Positions 39,711-55,153 of a stretch of 64,000 nt of DNA are shown one piece after another. How positions within the stretch are numbered: the stretch's first letter is position 1; every line of letters starts with the position of its first letter. A program made the position numbers and the translations under genes. The stretch spans positions 59,225 to 123,224 of the forward strand of contig CBFGIT010000008.1 in the NCBI GenBank assembly GCA_965648905.1. The letters run 5' to 3'. The stretch comes from a candidate division WOR-3 bacterium. GTDB taxonomy: Bacteria; Hydrothermota; Tepidihabitantia; Tepidihabitantales; Tepidihabitantaceae. The notes under the pieces are model-generated. The model was not told where the DNA came from. It saw only the letters and a list, made by a program, of their open reading frames with translations, and ran no database searches.

Positions 39711-40619
39711 TCAGTTGCCCGACGAGTCCGGCTCAGGACCGGACGCATCGACCAGTTCGTGGGCATCCCACTGGTCAAGGGCGTTGAGCAGCGCGTCGAA
39801 AAGCCGGTAGGCTCGGGTGCCGGACCAGCAGTCGTTGAGGATGAACGAGAAGGCGTAGGTGTCGTTCCGGCCCGAAAAGTAGCCGGACAGGGCAAACACC
39901 CCCCGGATGTAGCCGGTCTTGGCTGCAAGCCGGGAGCCGACTGCCAGCCCGCGATGAATCAAGGTTCCGGGTTCGAGCGGGATTGCGAGGCTGGAACGGA
40001 AGACTTCGGCCTGGGACCAGGAGTTGACCCGGCAAAGCAGGCTGGCCAGAGTCAACGGGCTGACCCGGTTCCGCCGGGAAAGACCGCAGCCATCCCAGAC
40101 CCGAGTTCCTCTGCGCGGCACCTGTTTTCGGTCGAGAAAATCGCAGAGCAGGGCATGGCCGTCCTTACGCGCCCGGCGGGACAGACCGGCAAGCATCCAT
40201 TCTGCCTCGAGGTTTTCGCTGTACCGGTTAGCCATGACCAGGTGACGGTAGCCCGGAAAGTCAGGGTATCGATTCATGGTGCCGTGGTCGGCCGCCGCCT
40301 GCTTCTTGCGGGACGGGTTGCGGCTGAGCAGCGAATCAAGCCGGCGCACCAGTGTGTCGTTCCAGTTGTCAAGGGCGCAGGCCGTGACGAGCAGCTTCTG
40401 GTTCGAAGCCGGGCAGAACGGAGTTGAGGCGTTGTACCCGAACAGGAGTGAGTCGTGTCGGCACGATACAACTGCGAGCCCGGTCCGCCACTGCGGGCCG
40501 GCATAGTCACTGACCGCAGCCAGCATGAGCCGCTCAAGCCCGGGCGCAAGCGCGGGACTGGATTGAATCTGTGGAGTCGGCGTGATGGCCAGGACCAGAA
40601 ACAGCGGAAACTGCGTCAC
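39711..40619 (-). CDS. dacB: Compact peptidase S13 (D-Ala-D-Ala carboxypeptidase/endopeptidase)
   Basis: PASNQK (SxxK), SEN (SxN), DGCGLSR, KTG. Confidence 0.8.
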   Translation of the reverse strand: MTQFPLFLVLAITPTPQIQSSPALAPGLERLMLAAVSDYAGPQWRTGLAVVSCRHDSLLFGYNASTPFCPASNQKLLVTACALDNWNDTLVRRLDSLLSRNPSRKKQAAADHGTMNRYPDFPGYRHLVMANRYSENLEAEWMLAGLSRRARKDGHALLCDFLDRKQVPRRGTRVWDGCGLSRRNRVSPLTLASLLCRVNSWSQAEVFRSSLAIPLEPGTLIHRGLAVGSRLAAKTGYIRGVFALSGYFSGRNDTYAFSFILNDCWSGTRAYRLFDALLNALDQWDAHELVDASGPEPDSSGN

Positions 40620-41539
40620 TGGGGCAGGTTGCTCAGGTAGGCGTGCGCCGACATCGCGGCCAGGGCACCGTCGCCGACCGCAGTGGCGACCTGGCGCAGC
40701 GGCGTATTGCGCACGTCACCGGCAGCGAAGATACCGGGCCGGCTCGTGCGAAGGTGCTCGTCGGTCACGATGTTGCCGCTGTCGTCAAGCCTGACCAGGT
40801 CGCGGCACCAGGCGGTATTAGGAATCCAGCCGACATAGACAAACAGCCCGGTTACCGCCAAGTCGGAGACCGCGCCGGTCTTCAAGTCCTGAACCTTGAG
40901 GTTCTGAAGCCGTTCGCCGCCTTCGATTGCCTTGATGACGCGGGAGAGGTGGAAGACCACGTTGGGTTGACGCCGGGCCCGCTCCTGGGCCATCTGACAG
41001 GCACGGAACTGGTCCCGGCGATGGATAATGTGGACCCGGGAGGCGATGTTAGCAAGGTAGACCGCCTCGTCCAGAGCCGAGTCGCCACCGCCGACCACCG
41101 CAACTTCCCGGTTGCGGAACAGCGGCCCGTCGCAGACCGCGCAGTAGGAAACTCCGCGGCCGACCAGCTCCCGTTCACCCGGCACGCCGAGCTGCCGCGG
41201 CTTGACACCGGTGCAGATGACGAGCGACTTGGCGGTCACCTTTTCTGCGGTCGTGGTCAGCTCGTAGCCGGCCGGAATCTGAGAGAGGCTTGTCACTTCT
41301 CCATTCAGCATCTGGCAGCCGAAGCGGAGAGCTTGCCGCTCCATTGTCTGGGCGAGCAACATGCCGTTGACCGGTTCGGAAAAGCCGGGGTAGTTCTCAA
41401 CCTCGGAAGTCATGGCCATCTGGCCGCCGGCAAACGATTTCTCGATGAGCAGGACTTTGTGGCCGGAGCGGGCCGCATAGATACCTGCGGTCAGACCGGC
41501 TGGTCCGGCCCCGGCAATCGCGATATCGGTTGAAATCAC
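40616..41539 (-). CDS. trxB: Thioredoxin reductase
   Basis: GAGPAG, VENYPGF, VSYCAVCDG, GGGDSA, FAAGD. Confidence 0.95.
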   Translation of the reverse strand: MISTDIAIAGAGPAGLTAGIYAARSGHKVLLIEKSFAGGQMAMTSEVENYPGFSEPVNGMLLAQTMERQALRFGCQMLNGEVTSLSQIPAGYELTTTAEKVTAKSLVICTGVKPRQLGVPGERELVGRGVSYCAVCDGPLFRNREVAVVGGGDSALDEAVYLANIASRVHIIHRRDQFRACQMAQERARRQPNVVFHLSRVIKAIEGGERLQNLKVQDLKTGAVSDLAVTGLFVYVGWIPNTAWCRDLVRLDDSGNIVTDEHLRTSRPGIFAAGDVRNTPLRQVATAVGDGALAAMSAHAYLSNLPQ

Positions 41540-41603
41540 GCCCCGGATTCTAGAAGAAAAGGCGCGACTCGGCAAGAGCCGAGCCGCGCCGTAAGGATTC
41601 GGG

Positions 41604-44306
41604 CTAGCGTGCGATGCAAACTTTCTGGACCCGGGTCTGACCGGTTCCGGCGTTACGCAACCGCAGAAAGTAGACGCCCGGCGCAAGCCCGCGGCCGTCC
41701 CAGGTCAGGGAATAGCGGCCGGGTTCGACCTGGTCATGAAGCAGGGACGCGACCTCACGACCGGTTCGGTCGAAGACGCTGAGTTCGAGCTCGGCCTTGA
41801 CCGGAGTCGCATACTCCAGCAGGGCACGACCCGAGAACGGATTAGGTCGAGCTGCAGCCAGACCAAAGGCAAGCGGTGTCTGCCCCGACGAACCAGACAG
41901 AGCAACGTCCGGAGACTGGAGCAGTCGGACCATCCAGTCGTGCGTGGTCCAGAGCCGAAACGTGTCCTGGTTCGATGAGAAGTAAGAGCGCAGGTCAATC
42001 GGCGGGGTGCGGTCGGCACCGATGCCGATTGCCGGCGAGTTGTCCGGCCAGTGAATCACCATCCAGATGTCGGACGAGTTTGAGCAGGTGACGTCGAGGT
42101 CGAAGTCGGCCCAGCCGGGCGCGGCCGGCGCAGTGACATTGTTGACAACCTGGAGCGGGTTGAGTGTGTCGGGTTTGTTCTGAGTGCCGGTGCAGACCAT
42201 GACGTAGTCGAAAGGCGTATTGGCCATGTTGACGTAAATGCGGCCGTGACGCAGGGAATAGGGCGGCGGGATGGTCGGCGAGAACCGGACATAGAACTTG
42301 TCGTTGTCGCGCCGTCCGACCCAGTAGTACGCCTCGGGGAGGCCGTCGTCGTAGATGATCTCGTAAGTGACGCGGAACGGACGGGCCAGGCTGTCGTTCC
42401 CCGGGATGAAGTCGTCGGCCGAACGGCAGACTCCAGCGGCGAAGTACGTACCGGCCGGGCCCGGGTTCCATGTCCTGAAGGCCACGGTCGCGGTATCGTC
42501 CGGGTTGATGACGCGCGAGGTGGCCGAATCCTGGTAGACCGCATTGCCGGCCGAATCGACGACAAACATCCAACAGCGCATGTTGTCGGCATACGAACCG
42601 TTGTTACGCACCAGAAGCCTGGGCGAAAGCGGCATGTTGACCGTCACCTCCGGGCCGGGCGGGTTGATAACCTCGGCCCGGGCATCGTGGAAGCACTTGG
42701 CGCTGACCACGAGGGAGTCGTCGCCCGGGTACTCGTCGCCGGGGAGCAGCGTGTAGAACTCACACCGGTACAGGTCATAGCTGGGCGGTGTCCAGCGCCG
42801 GAATGCGACCGAGGCGCTGCCCCGGGACGGAACCAGACCGGTGACCGTGCTGTCGTGATAGATGAGGCTGTCCTGTCCGTTGCGGATGGTGAGGTGGCAC
42901 GGAACCGCAACCGGGTCGTCGCCGTAGTTGCGCACCGTGCCGGCCGGGTCGATTGCGCTGCCGACCTGAATGTGGCGGCCCGGACTCGTCACCTCGCTGA
43001 ATCCGACGTTGAGTGCCGGTGCTGCGCCGACGATGACCGCGTAGACCTCGCCGCCGTTACCCATCTGCTGGGCGTGGACCGCCTTGCCGCCGGCACAGGC
43101 AAACTGGCCGTCGGCCGAGATGTCGCAGGCAAAGAGCGAGCCGGGTTCTTCATCCCGGGTGATGGCAACGAGCGGCGTGGTATCTCCGCGGTTGTGAACC
43201 GTAAATACCCGAAAAGTACCCGAGGGAGCGATGTCACCCCACGATGCCGCGGCGATGCGCGAGCCGTCCGCCGACAGCGCGACCGCACAAACGTAGGCAC
43301 CGCTCGAGCCGTAATTCTGATAGACCATCAAAGGGGTTGACGAGCTTGAGTCGAAGACGCAGAGCCGGCCGTTGTTGTAACCGGTACCGCAGGCGATGGT
43401 CGAGCCGTCGGATGAGATGCCGACGCCGGCAACCCACGGCGTACCGACCGACGCCGACCAGCGCAGAACATAAGTCGAGCCGTTCCAGCGGTAGAGTTTG
43501 AGCATGCCGTAGAAGTCACCGGTAACGACCAGGCTGCCGTCGCCGGAGAGAGCGGCCGCGTACTGCGTACCGGTGTTCGACGTGCCGATGGGGATGCCGG
43601 CCCGGCGTCCGCTCCGGTCGAAGACAAGGCAGGAGTCGTACAACGTCACGGCGATGACCTCGCCGTCGTCCGATATGTCAATACCCTGGAGTCGGGCCGG
43701 CTCACTGACCGGCTCGGTGCCGAGTGTCTCACCCGACACCGGGTCAAACACATACAGGGTTCCGCCGGCAACCGCGGCGACCACGTTGCCCTGGCGCGAG
43801 GTGCGGGCACAGGCCGGGCCCGGCACCATGTATGGGAAAGTCCAGTCCGGATAAGGGCTGTTGCGCGACCACTTGAAAGCTTGGGCAGTCGACGACAGGG
43901 TGAGAACCGAGCCGTCTTCCGACGCGCCGATCTGGTTGCCGCCGTAGCTCCAGGCAAAAGACCCGGGGCTTTCCCAAATCGGTACCTGGGTGGCAAGCGT
44001 GCGATAGTAACTGGCGCGTTCCGCGTTCAAGTACCAGTTGGCGAATATGTGCCGGCCGTCGGCCGACACAGCAGTTGACTGAACGATACCGTAGCGGTGG
44101 TTGCGGTCAACCCACAGCACGCCGGTGTCGCCGGCCAGGGCAGGCCGGCTCAAGGCAGGCAGGGGTTCGGGGTTGATGACCCGACCCTGGTCGGTAATCC
44201 GATACCAGGTTTGAATTCGGCCGTCATCACCCAGTTGGGTTACGACCTCGACCCCGGTCTCAGCAAGCAAGAGACCGGGCAGGAGCAGGATGAGCATCCG
44301 TTTCAC
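41604..44306 (-). CDS. Secreted beta-propeller protein with Ig/CARDB-like repeats and T9SS/FlgD-like C-terminal domain
   Basis: Signal peptide; repeated S.DG...A blades; two N.G...D..P.ND modules; tail PNPF...FDRTGREV...PGVYFL. Confidence 0.8.
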   Translation of the reverse strand: MKRMLILLLPGLLLAETGVEVVTQLGDDGRIQTWYRITDQGRVINPEPLPALSRPALAGDTGVLWVDRNHRYGIVQSTAVSADGRHIFANWYLNAERASYYRTLATQVPIWESPGSFAWSYGGNQIGASEDGSVLTLSSTAQAFKWSRNSPYPDWTFPYMVPGPACARTSRQGNVVAAVAGGTLYVFDPVSGETLGTEPVSEPARLQGIDISDDGEVIAVTLYDSCLVFDRSGRRAGIPIGTSNTGTQYAAALSGDGSLVVTGDFYGMLKLYRWNGSTYVLRWSASVGTPWVAGVGISSDGSTIACGTGYNNGRLCVFDSSSSTPLMVYQNYGSSGAYVCAVALSADGSRIAAASWGDIAPSGTFRVFTVHNRGDTTPLVAITRDEEPGSLFACDISADGQFACAGGKAVHAQQMGNGGEVYAVIVGAAPALNVGFSEVTSPGRHIQVGSAIDPAGTVRNYGDDPVAVPCHLTIRNGQDSLIYHDSTVTGLVPSRGSASVAFRRWTPPSYDLYRCEFYTLLPGDEYPGDDSLVVSAKCFHDARAEVINPPGPEVTVNMPLSPRLLVRNNGSYADNMRCWMFVVDSAGNAVYQDSATSRVINPDDTATVAFRTWNPGPAGTYFAAGVCRSADDFIPGNDSLARPFRVTYEIIYDDGLPEAYYWVGRRDNDKFYVRFSPTIPPPYSLRHGRIYVNMANTPFDYVMVCTGTQNKPDTLNPLQVVNNVTAPAAPGWADFDLDVTCSNSSDIWMVIHWPDNSPAIGIGADRTPPIDLRSYFSSNQDTFRLWTTHDWMVRLLQSPDVALSGSSGQTPLAFGLAAARPNPFSGRALLEYATPVKAELELSVFDRTGREVASLLHDQVEPGRYSLTWDGRGLAPGVYFLRLRNAGTGQTRVQKVCIAR

Positions 44307-44331
44307 TTGTAGCCTCCTCTGGCAGGCGGTT

Positions 44332-45266
44332 TCACGGTCTTTCGGTTGACGAGCTCAGCAGGGCGGCAAGCAGGGCCCGCTGGGCGTGGAGCCGATTCTC
44401 GGCCTGATCGAGAACGACCGACTGAGGGCCGTCCAGGACTTCGGCGGTAATCTCCTCCTCGCGGTGCGCGGGCAAGCAGTGGAGCACCCGGGCATCAGGA
44501 CGGGCCAGGGCAAGCAGACTCCGGTTGAGCTGGTACGGTCGGAATATCTGACGCCGCTGTTCGGTCTCGCCTTCCTGGCCCATTGATGCCCAGACGTCGG
44601 TGTAGATGAACTCGGCGCCCTTAACCGCTTCAGCCGGGTCATAGAGCAGTTCGAGTGTCGCACCTGACTGCCGGGCATACTCCCGGGCCTGGCTGACGAA
44701 CCGCGGCGGCGGTTCGAATCCCCTAGGCGTGGCGACACGCAGGTTCGCCCCGGCCAGAGCGCAGCCGAGCATCAACGAGTTACAGACATTATTGCCGTCA
44801 CCGGTCCAAGCGATGGTTGCGCCCTCGAGCCGGCCCCGGTGTTCAAGAACGGTCTGAAGGTCGGCCAGAGTCTGGCACGGGTGTTCGTCGTCCGACAGGG
44901 CATTGATGACCGGGACGCTCGCCTCCCGCGCCAGCTCCTCGACGATTGCGTGGGCGAAGACCCGGGCGATAATGCAGTCAACCCAGCGCGAGAGATTCCT
45001 TGCCACGTCGGCCACGGTCTCGCGCTTGCCCATGCCGATGTCGGCCGGCCCCAGGTACATCGCTGAGCCGCCGAGATTGCGCATCGCGGTCTCAAACGTA
45101 ACCCGGGTACGCAGAGACGGTTTCTCGAACACGAGCACGGCCATCCGGCCCCGTGCAACGTCGAGTTCTCGGCGCTGCCTAATCTCCTCCTTGAGCTTCC
45201 GGGACCGGTCGAGCAGTTCGTACAATTCACCACGGGACAGGTCATTGACGGATGTAAGGTCTTTCT

Positions 45267-45270
<4 letters not shown>
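44332..45270 (-). CDS. argF: Ornithine carbamoyltransferase
   Basis: KPSLRTR, HPCQTLAD, GDGNNV, TDVWASMG, HCLPAHR, QAENRLH. Confidence 0.95.
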
Positions 45271-46625
<1,355 letters not shown>

Positions 46626-46950
46626 AGAAGGGCCAATGATAGAGCAGATTGGCGGCGAAGTCAAAAGGCGAGAGCGGCAGGTGCGGACTGCGTCCGCCAC
46701 TGACCATTGAATTGCGCGTCCGACATGCGTTCTCGTCACAGGGTAGTGTCAAGCGACTTCCTTCGCAGTCACGCCCGGAGATGATGAACGGCTGATTGCG
46801 GAGGCTCTGTCCGAGGTCAAGTTCGAGCGCCTGGGCCGAGTCTACGCACGCCCTCTCTGACCTCACCGTTGATGTCCTCTCTCCGCCATTGTCGGTTGGC
46901 AGCGAGCCGGTCAGGAAGGTCGACGGTCACGAGTTCAGCCCGGCGTGGGC

Positions 46951-48021
46951 TCAGATTTCTTTGACAAAGAGCTTGCCCGGCATCTGGCGGACAAGGCCTT
47001 TGAGTTCGAGCTGAAGCAGGAGGGAAAGCAGAGTCGGCACCGGAATGCCGAGGTTCTCGCAGATGTCATCCACATGCTTGGGTTCACCGGTGAGGAAGTC
47101 GAGCACCGGTTTCTCATCATCGGCCACCTCAACCCTGGCGCGCGCTTCCTGCCTGGCCTTGATACCGAGGTCGGCGAGGATATCCTCAACCGACCAGACC
47201 GGTCTGGCTCCTTGTTTGATGAGCCGGTTGGTGCCGGTGCTCTGCGGCGAGGTGAGGTTGCCCGGAACCGCGTAGACATCGCGGCCCTGGTCAACTGCCC
47301 ATGCCACCGTGTTGAGCACACCGGACTTCTCGCCTGCCTCAACTGCAACCACGCCCAGAGACAGACCAGACACAACCCGGTTGCGCTTGGGGAAGTTCAT
47401 CGCCATCGGCTCCATACCGGGCGGGAACTCACTGATGACCGCGCCGTGTTCGGCGATTGAGTTCTGCAACTGCCGGTTCTCCGGCGGGTAGTAGACGTCG
47501 ATGCCACAGCCGAGCACCGCGATGGTGCGGCCGCCTGCTGCCAGCGCGCCTTTGTGGGCAAACGTATCAACGCCCCGGGCCAGACCGCTGACCACGGTCA
47601 CACCATTGCCGGCCAGCTCGCGGCCCAGCTTCTCGGCAATCTGGCGTCCGTAGACCGAAGGCCGGCGCGTGCCGACCAGAGCAATCGCCTGACGGTCTTG
47701 TTCGAGCACCTCGCCACGAACGAAAAGCACCGGCGGCATGTGAGCCAGCTCCCTGAGGTTGGCGGGAAAGTCGCCGGCGGCAAACTCGATCGTCCTGACC
47801 CCCGCGCTTCGGCAGGCCTTGACGCGCTCGCGGGTTCCAGCGCTGCGTTTGTATCCGGTGATGGCCGAAGCGAGTTCGTCATCGATTCCCTGAACTTCGC
47901 GCAACTCTTCGATTCGCGCTCCGAGTATCTTTCCCGGCGTGCCGAAGTGTACCAGCAGCCTCTTGAGTCGGGTCTCGTTCATGCGCGGGACCGCATACAG
48001 GTCTACGAACTCCTCCTTCAG
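46951..48021 (-). CDS. dprA: DNA-processing protein DprA (start uncertain)
   Basis: VGTR, VSGLARGVD, NFPKRNR, EAGEKSG, C-terminal winged helix LELKG. Confidence 0.93.
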   Translation of the reverse strand: MKEEFVDLYAVPRMNETRLKRLLVHFGTPGKILGARIEELREVQGIDDELASAITGYKRSAGTRERVKACRSAGVRTIEFAAGDFPANLRELAHMPPVLFVRGEVLEQDRQAIALVGTRRPSVYGRQIAEKLGRELAGNGVTVVSGLARGVDTFAHKGALAAGGRTIAVLGCGIDVYYPPENRQLQNSIAEHGAVISEFPPGMEPMAMNFPKRNRVVSGLSLGVVAVEAGEKSGVLNTVAWAVDQGRDVYAVPGNLTSPQSTGTNRLIKQGARPVWSVEDILADLGIKARQEARARVEVADDEKPVLDFLTGEPKHVDDICENLGIPVPTLLSLLLQLELKGLVRQMPGKLFVKEI

Positions 48022-48037
48022 GCCAACCGGGCTGACT

Positions 48038-51589
<3,552 letters not shown>

Positions 51590-51593
<4 letters not shown>

Positions 51594-52123
51594 CTCTGCC
51601 TCCTCAGTATTGATATGCAACTGTCGCCGTGACCGGTTCGGCGGACCAGTTCCCAGTTCTCGGGCAGAACCGGAACTTCATGCTGATGATGCTCGACTAT
51701 CAGCCAGCCATCTGCCGCGAGCAATCGCTGTTCCGCAATCAGGTTCAGGGTCGGTTGGACCAGGTCGTTCAGATACGGCGGGTCGGCGATAATCAGGTCG
51801 AACTCCTGGCCCTTGAGGCGCTTCAGCACCTTGCGCACGTCGCCGCGCCGGACTTCTGCTCCGGGCATACCCTTGACATTAGCCTGCAGGAAACCGAGCA
51901 CCGGCCCGCTCTGCTCGACAAACATGCAGGACTCGGCCCCGCGGGACAGCGCCTCAATGCCGAGCGACCCGCCGCCGGCGTACAAGTCGAGCACACGCGC
52001 GCCGCGCGTTCTCGAACCGGCGGCGTTGAACATCGCCAGCCTGACGACCGCCTTGGTCGGCCGCAGCCCGGAACGCGGGTAGACCAGTTCCCGGCGCTGG
52101 TACTTGCCGGTGCTCACGCGCAT
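51590..52123 (-). CDS. rsmD: 16S rRNA m2G966 methyltransferase
   Basis: RPT, DLYAGGGSLGIEALSRG, DPPY. Confidence 0.92.
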
Positions 52124-52369
52124 GCCAGCAATATAGCCTCCTGACGGCCGAAGTCAACCGCCGGCCGTCCTGGTCCGGCCCATGCCCCAATCCCGATATT
52201 GAGCCTCGGATTCATGGGGCCACGCGGTTGGTAGTTTGATTGACCAAGTCGACCGTCGCCTGGTGGGTTTCGGAATGCGGCCACGTCTTCGGAATCCGGC
52301 GTCGAAGCCGCTTGCGGGCAAGCCGGGTGGTCCGGATAATCTCTGGTGTCGTCTTCTTGCCGGGCTGAG

Positions 52370-52625
52370 GGGTGCTGCGGTGGTTTGGGCAAGGGGAGGC
52401 GCGGCCGGATGGGCAGGGGGGTGGGCACCGGTCTGGGCCCGGGTTGGGGAACCGCGAACGGATCGGGCCTGGGCGCGGGCCGCCGAACCCCCCGGGGCTT
52501 CGGCAGGCGCAGGGATTGCCGAAAGGATTGGGGCAGGGGAAGGCGTAGCCGCTGCGCCGGGGTCTGCCCAAGGGGGTTCGGCCCTCGCCGGGGCAGGGGG
52601 TTCGGAAAGGGGAACCGTCCCCCTT
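52370..52625. repeat. G-rich degenerate ~12-bp-period tract
   Basis: About 20 units such as ggtttgggcaag, gattggggcagg, gggttcggaaag; strong G skew. Confidence 0.5.
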
Positions 52626-52945
52626 ACCACCGAGGGGATGGTCATATCTATGGTAGGACGAAGCAGAGTGGAGACTGCCGAGATGGCTCCTACGGACACC
52701 CATTACCAGCGCGGCTTCTTGAAAACAGGGCCAGACCTACACGGCTCGTGATGGTATCGCGGGTCGGGGCAAGCTGGAAATCGAGTCGTTCCTGGGTAGT
52801 ATTGGTCTAAACATCTGGCGCTCTTTTCTTCACCTGACAGGTGAAGCGTCATATAGTGTCTTGACGCAGGCAATAAGAAGGGAGCAGCTTCCTTTTTCTC
52901 CAGAATCGAAGCCCCAATGTCGGGACCAGGGGCCATGGCGTGTGC

Positions 52946-52973
52946 TTGACTTCAGGACAATAGCCGGTATATT
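52946..52973 (+). promoter_or_regulatory. sigma70-like promoter of tRNA-Val
   Basis: TTGACT-16bp-TATATT. Confidence 0.6.
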
Positions 52974-53004
52974 GAGCACACCGTGACTCGGCTCCGCAAT
53001 TATC

Positions 53005-53080
<76 letters not shown>

Positions 53081-53087
53081 TACCTGG

Positions 53088-53120
53088 AGGTGTGAGGACT
53101 AGTCTCCCCACACCTCTTTT
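53088..53120 (+). terminator. Intrinsic terminator-like hairpin after tRNA-Val
   Basis: GAGGTGTG...CACACCTC followed by TTTT. Confidence 0.55.
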
Positions 53121-53135
53121 CAGTCTTCTGCCACG

Positions 53136-53843
53136 ATGAAAGAGAACTTCGCCCGGCTCTGGAGCCTGCAGCAGCTCGACCTCGAGCTCAAGACACTGAC
53201 CGGCAAACTCGAAACCATCCCGGCCCGCATCGAATCACTGAAGAAAATGACCCTGGAAGCGCGGCAGGAGTTCGAACAAACCAAACAGGCCGTGGTCGAG
53301 CGTCGAAAGCAGTACAAGCTGGCCGAGGTCGAACTCAAGGCCGCCGAAGACAAAATCAACGGCTATTCGGTCCAGCTCTATTCAGCCAAGACCAATGAAC
53401 AATACAAAGCCTTCCTCAAGGAGATCGAGGCCCAGAAGAAGTTGAAGAATGCGGTCGAAGACCGAATGATTGCTCTGATGGAGGAAACCGAAGCCTTGGA
53501 CCAGAAGGCGCGCGCCGGTGAACGCCAGGTTGCCGAGCTCGAGACCGAGCACCAGGACAAGATCAAACTGCTTGAGGCCGAGCAGGCCGAACTCGTGTCG
53601 GCGATTGAGCAGCGTCGTGCCCAACGGACCCAGATTGCCGAGTCGCTGCCTCCGGACCTGCTCAAGCGGTACGAGCGCGTCAAAGCGAGCAAGTCCGGGG
53701 TGGCGGTCGCGCCGATTCGCAAAGAGCGTTGCTCTGGTTGTCTGAGTCCGATACCGGCGCAGCGGATTGTCGAAATCGACCGCGAGGACCGGGTCTACAT
53801 CTGCGAGGCATGTGGCCGGATTCTCGTTGTCGCACGCGACTGA
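53136..53843 (+). CDS. Coiled-coil + C4 zinc-ribbon protein (DUF164/CT398-like)
   Basis: LQQLD, KTNEQY, CSGC...CEACGRIL. Confidence 0.9.
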   Translation: MKENFARLWSLQQLDLELKTLTGKLETIPARIESLKKMTLEARQEFEQTKQAVVERRKQYKLAEVELKAAEDKINGYSVQLYSAKTNEQYKAFLKEIEAQKKLKNAVEDRMIALMEETEALDQKARAGERQVAELETEHQDKIKLLEAEQAELVSAIEQRRAQRTQIAESLPPDLLKRYERVKASKSGVAVAPIRKERCSGCLSPIPAQRIVEIDREDRVYICEACGRILVVARD

Positions 53844-53859
53844 CCGAAACAGACCTGTC

Positions 53860-54291
53860 TTGGCCGGCTACCTGATTGAGATCGACGGCTCGTCGCGCAA
53901 CAACCCGGGTTCGGCCGGCATCGGCGTGCGCATCCTCGGACCTGACGGCACGGTCACCAAGGAAATCAGCCGTTCGATCGGCATCCGCACCAACAACCAG
54001 GCCGAGTATGAGGCCTTCATCTGCGCCCTGCACGAAGCCCGGCAACTGCCTCACGGCCCGGTCGTCATCCGCACCGACTCCGAGCTGCTCTACCGCCAGA
54101 TAACCGGCCGCTATCGCGTGCGTCATCCCGGCATCAAGCCGTTGTATGAGACTGCTCGGCAGTTGATGGACAGCCGGCCTGACATCAAACTCGAACTGGT
54201 CCCAAGAGAAGCAAACCGCGCGACCGACCGTCTTGCCCGAGCTGCATCCGGGCATCACATGCCGGCAGACTCAGGTGGCGCGAAAGTCTAG
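53860..54291 (+). CDS. rnhA: Ribonuclease HI family protein
   Basis: DGSSRNNPG, TNNQAEY, TDSELL, PREAN..DRLA. Confidence 0.88.
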   Translation: MAGYLIEIDGSSRNNPGSAGIGVRILGPDGTVTKEISRSIGIRTNNQAEYEAFICALHEARQLPHGPVVIRTDSELLYRQITGRYRVRHPGIKPLYETARQLMDSRPDIKLELVPREANRATDRLARAASGHHMPADSGGAKV

Positions 54292-55153
54292 CCGTCCAAC
54301 CCCGCTCGTCTGGCTGATGCCGATGGGCACGCTGATTCAGTTCATGCTGCCGCGCTGGACAATGATGCTTGTTGCCCGGGTCGCCGGCCGTCTGACCTAC
54401 CTCTTCAACCATCGCCAGCGCGCCCGGCTTGAGACCAACTGCCGCCATGTGCTCGGACCTGATGCCTCGCCCAGCCAGGTCAAACAGACCGTGCAGCGCA
54501 CCTTTGTCCACCTGGTCATGAATTACTTTGACCTGCTGCGCGTGCCAGTGCTCCGTCGCCGCATCACCCGACTGGTCGAATCCGACACGCACGTGCTCGA
54601 CCGTCTGACAAGTCAGGGCCAAGGCTGTATCATCGTCACTGGTCATCTCGGCAACTGGGACCTTGCCGGAGCATTCCTTGCCGCGCTCGGGTATCCGATG
54701 TCGGCCGTGGTCGAGCCGGTACCGCGCGGCTGGGGGCGAACCTTCAACCGGTATCGCAGCGCCACCGCCCTGGAGACAATCCCCATCCCCGAGCACGCCC
54801 GTATCGCTGCGGCTCTCCAGAATAAAAGAATCCTGGCACTGGTTGCGGACCGGGACCTGACCGGCTCAGGCATTACCTGCCCGGCATTCGACGCCCGCCG
54901 CTCGATTCCGCGCGGCCCGGCCGCCTATTCACTCCGCTACGATGTGCCGGTCGCAATCGGCTACCTCGTGTTTCAGGACCGACCCGGCCGCCGTCCTTAT
55001 CTCGGCATCGTCGAAGAACCACTCCAGTTTGAGCGTTCCGGTAATCTCGATGCGGACATCGCCGCGCTGACCGGTCTGGTTGCTCAAGAACTCAATCGAC
55101 TCATCGAGCGTTACCTGGACCAGTGGCCGGTCTTTGCCGCCGGCTGGAAATGA
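54275..55153 (+). CDS. Lysophospholipid acyltransferase (LpxL/PatA-like)
   Basis: TGHLGNWD, ALVADRDL, GPA, YLDQW. Confidence 0.85.
   Translation: MARKSSRPTPLVWLMPMGTLIQFMLPRWTMMLVARVAGRLTYLFNHRQRARLETNCRHVLGPDASPSQVKQTVQRTFVHLVMNYFDLLRVPVLRRRITRLVESDTHVLDRLTSQGQGCIIVTGHLGNWDLAGAFLAALGYPMSAVVEPVPRGWGRTFNRYRSATALETIPIPEHARIAAALQNKRILALVADRDLTGSGITCPAFDARRSIPRGPAAYSLRYDVPVAIGYLVFQDRPGRRPYLGIVEEPLQFERSGNLDADIAALTGLVAQELNRLIERYLDQWPVFAAGWK

Noticed and set aside
46770..46860. Plus-strand fragment ...DDERLIAEALSEVKFERLGRVYARPL*
   Set aside because: Looks protein-like but has no start codon or recognisable family; too short to call
52154..52810. Pro/Gly-rich ORFs in several frames
   Set aside because: Explained by the G-rich periodic tract; no consistent SD or codon bias
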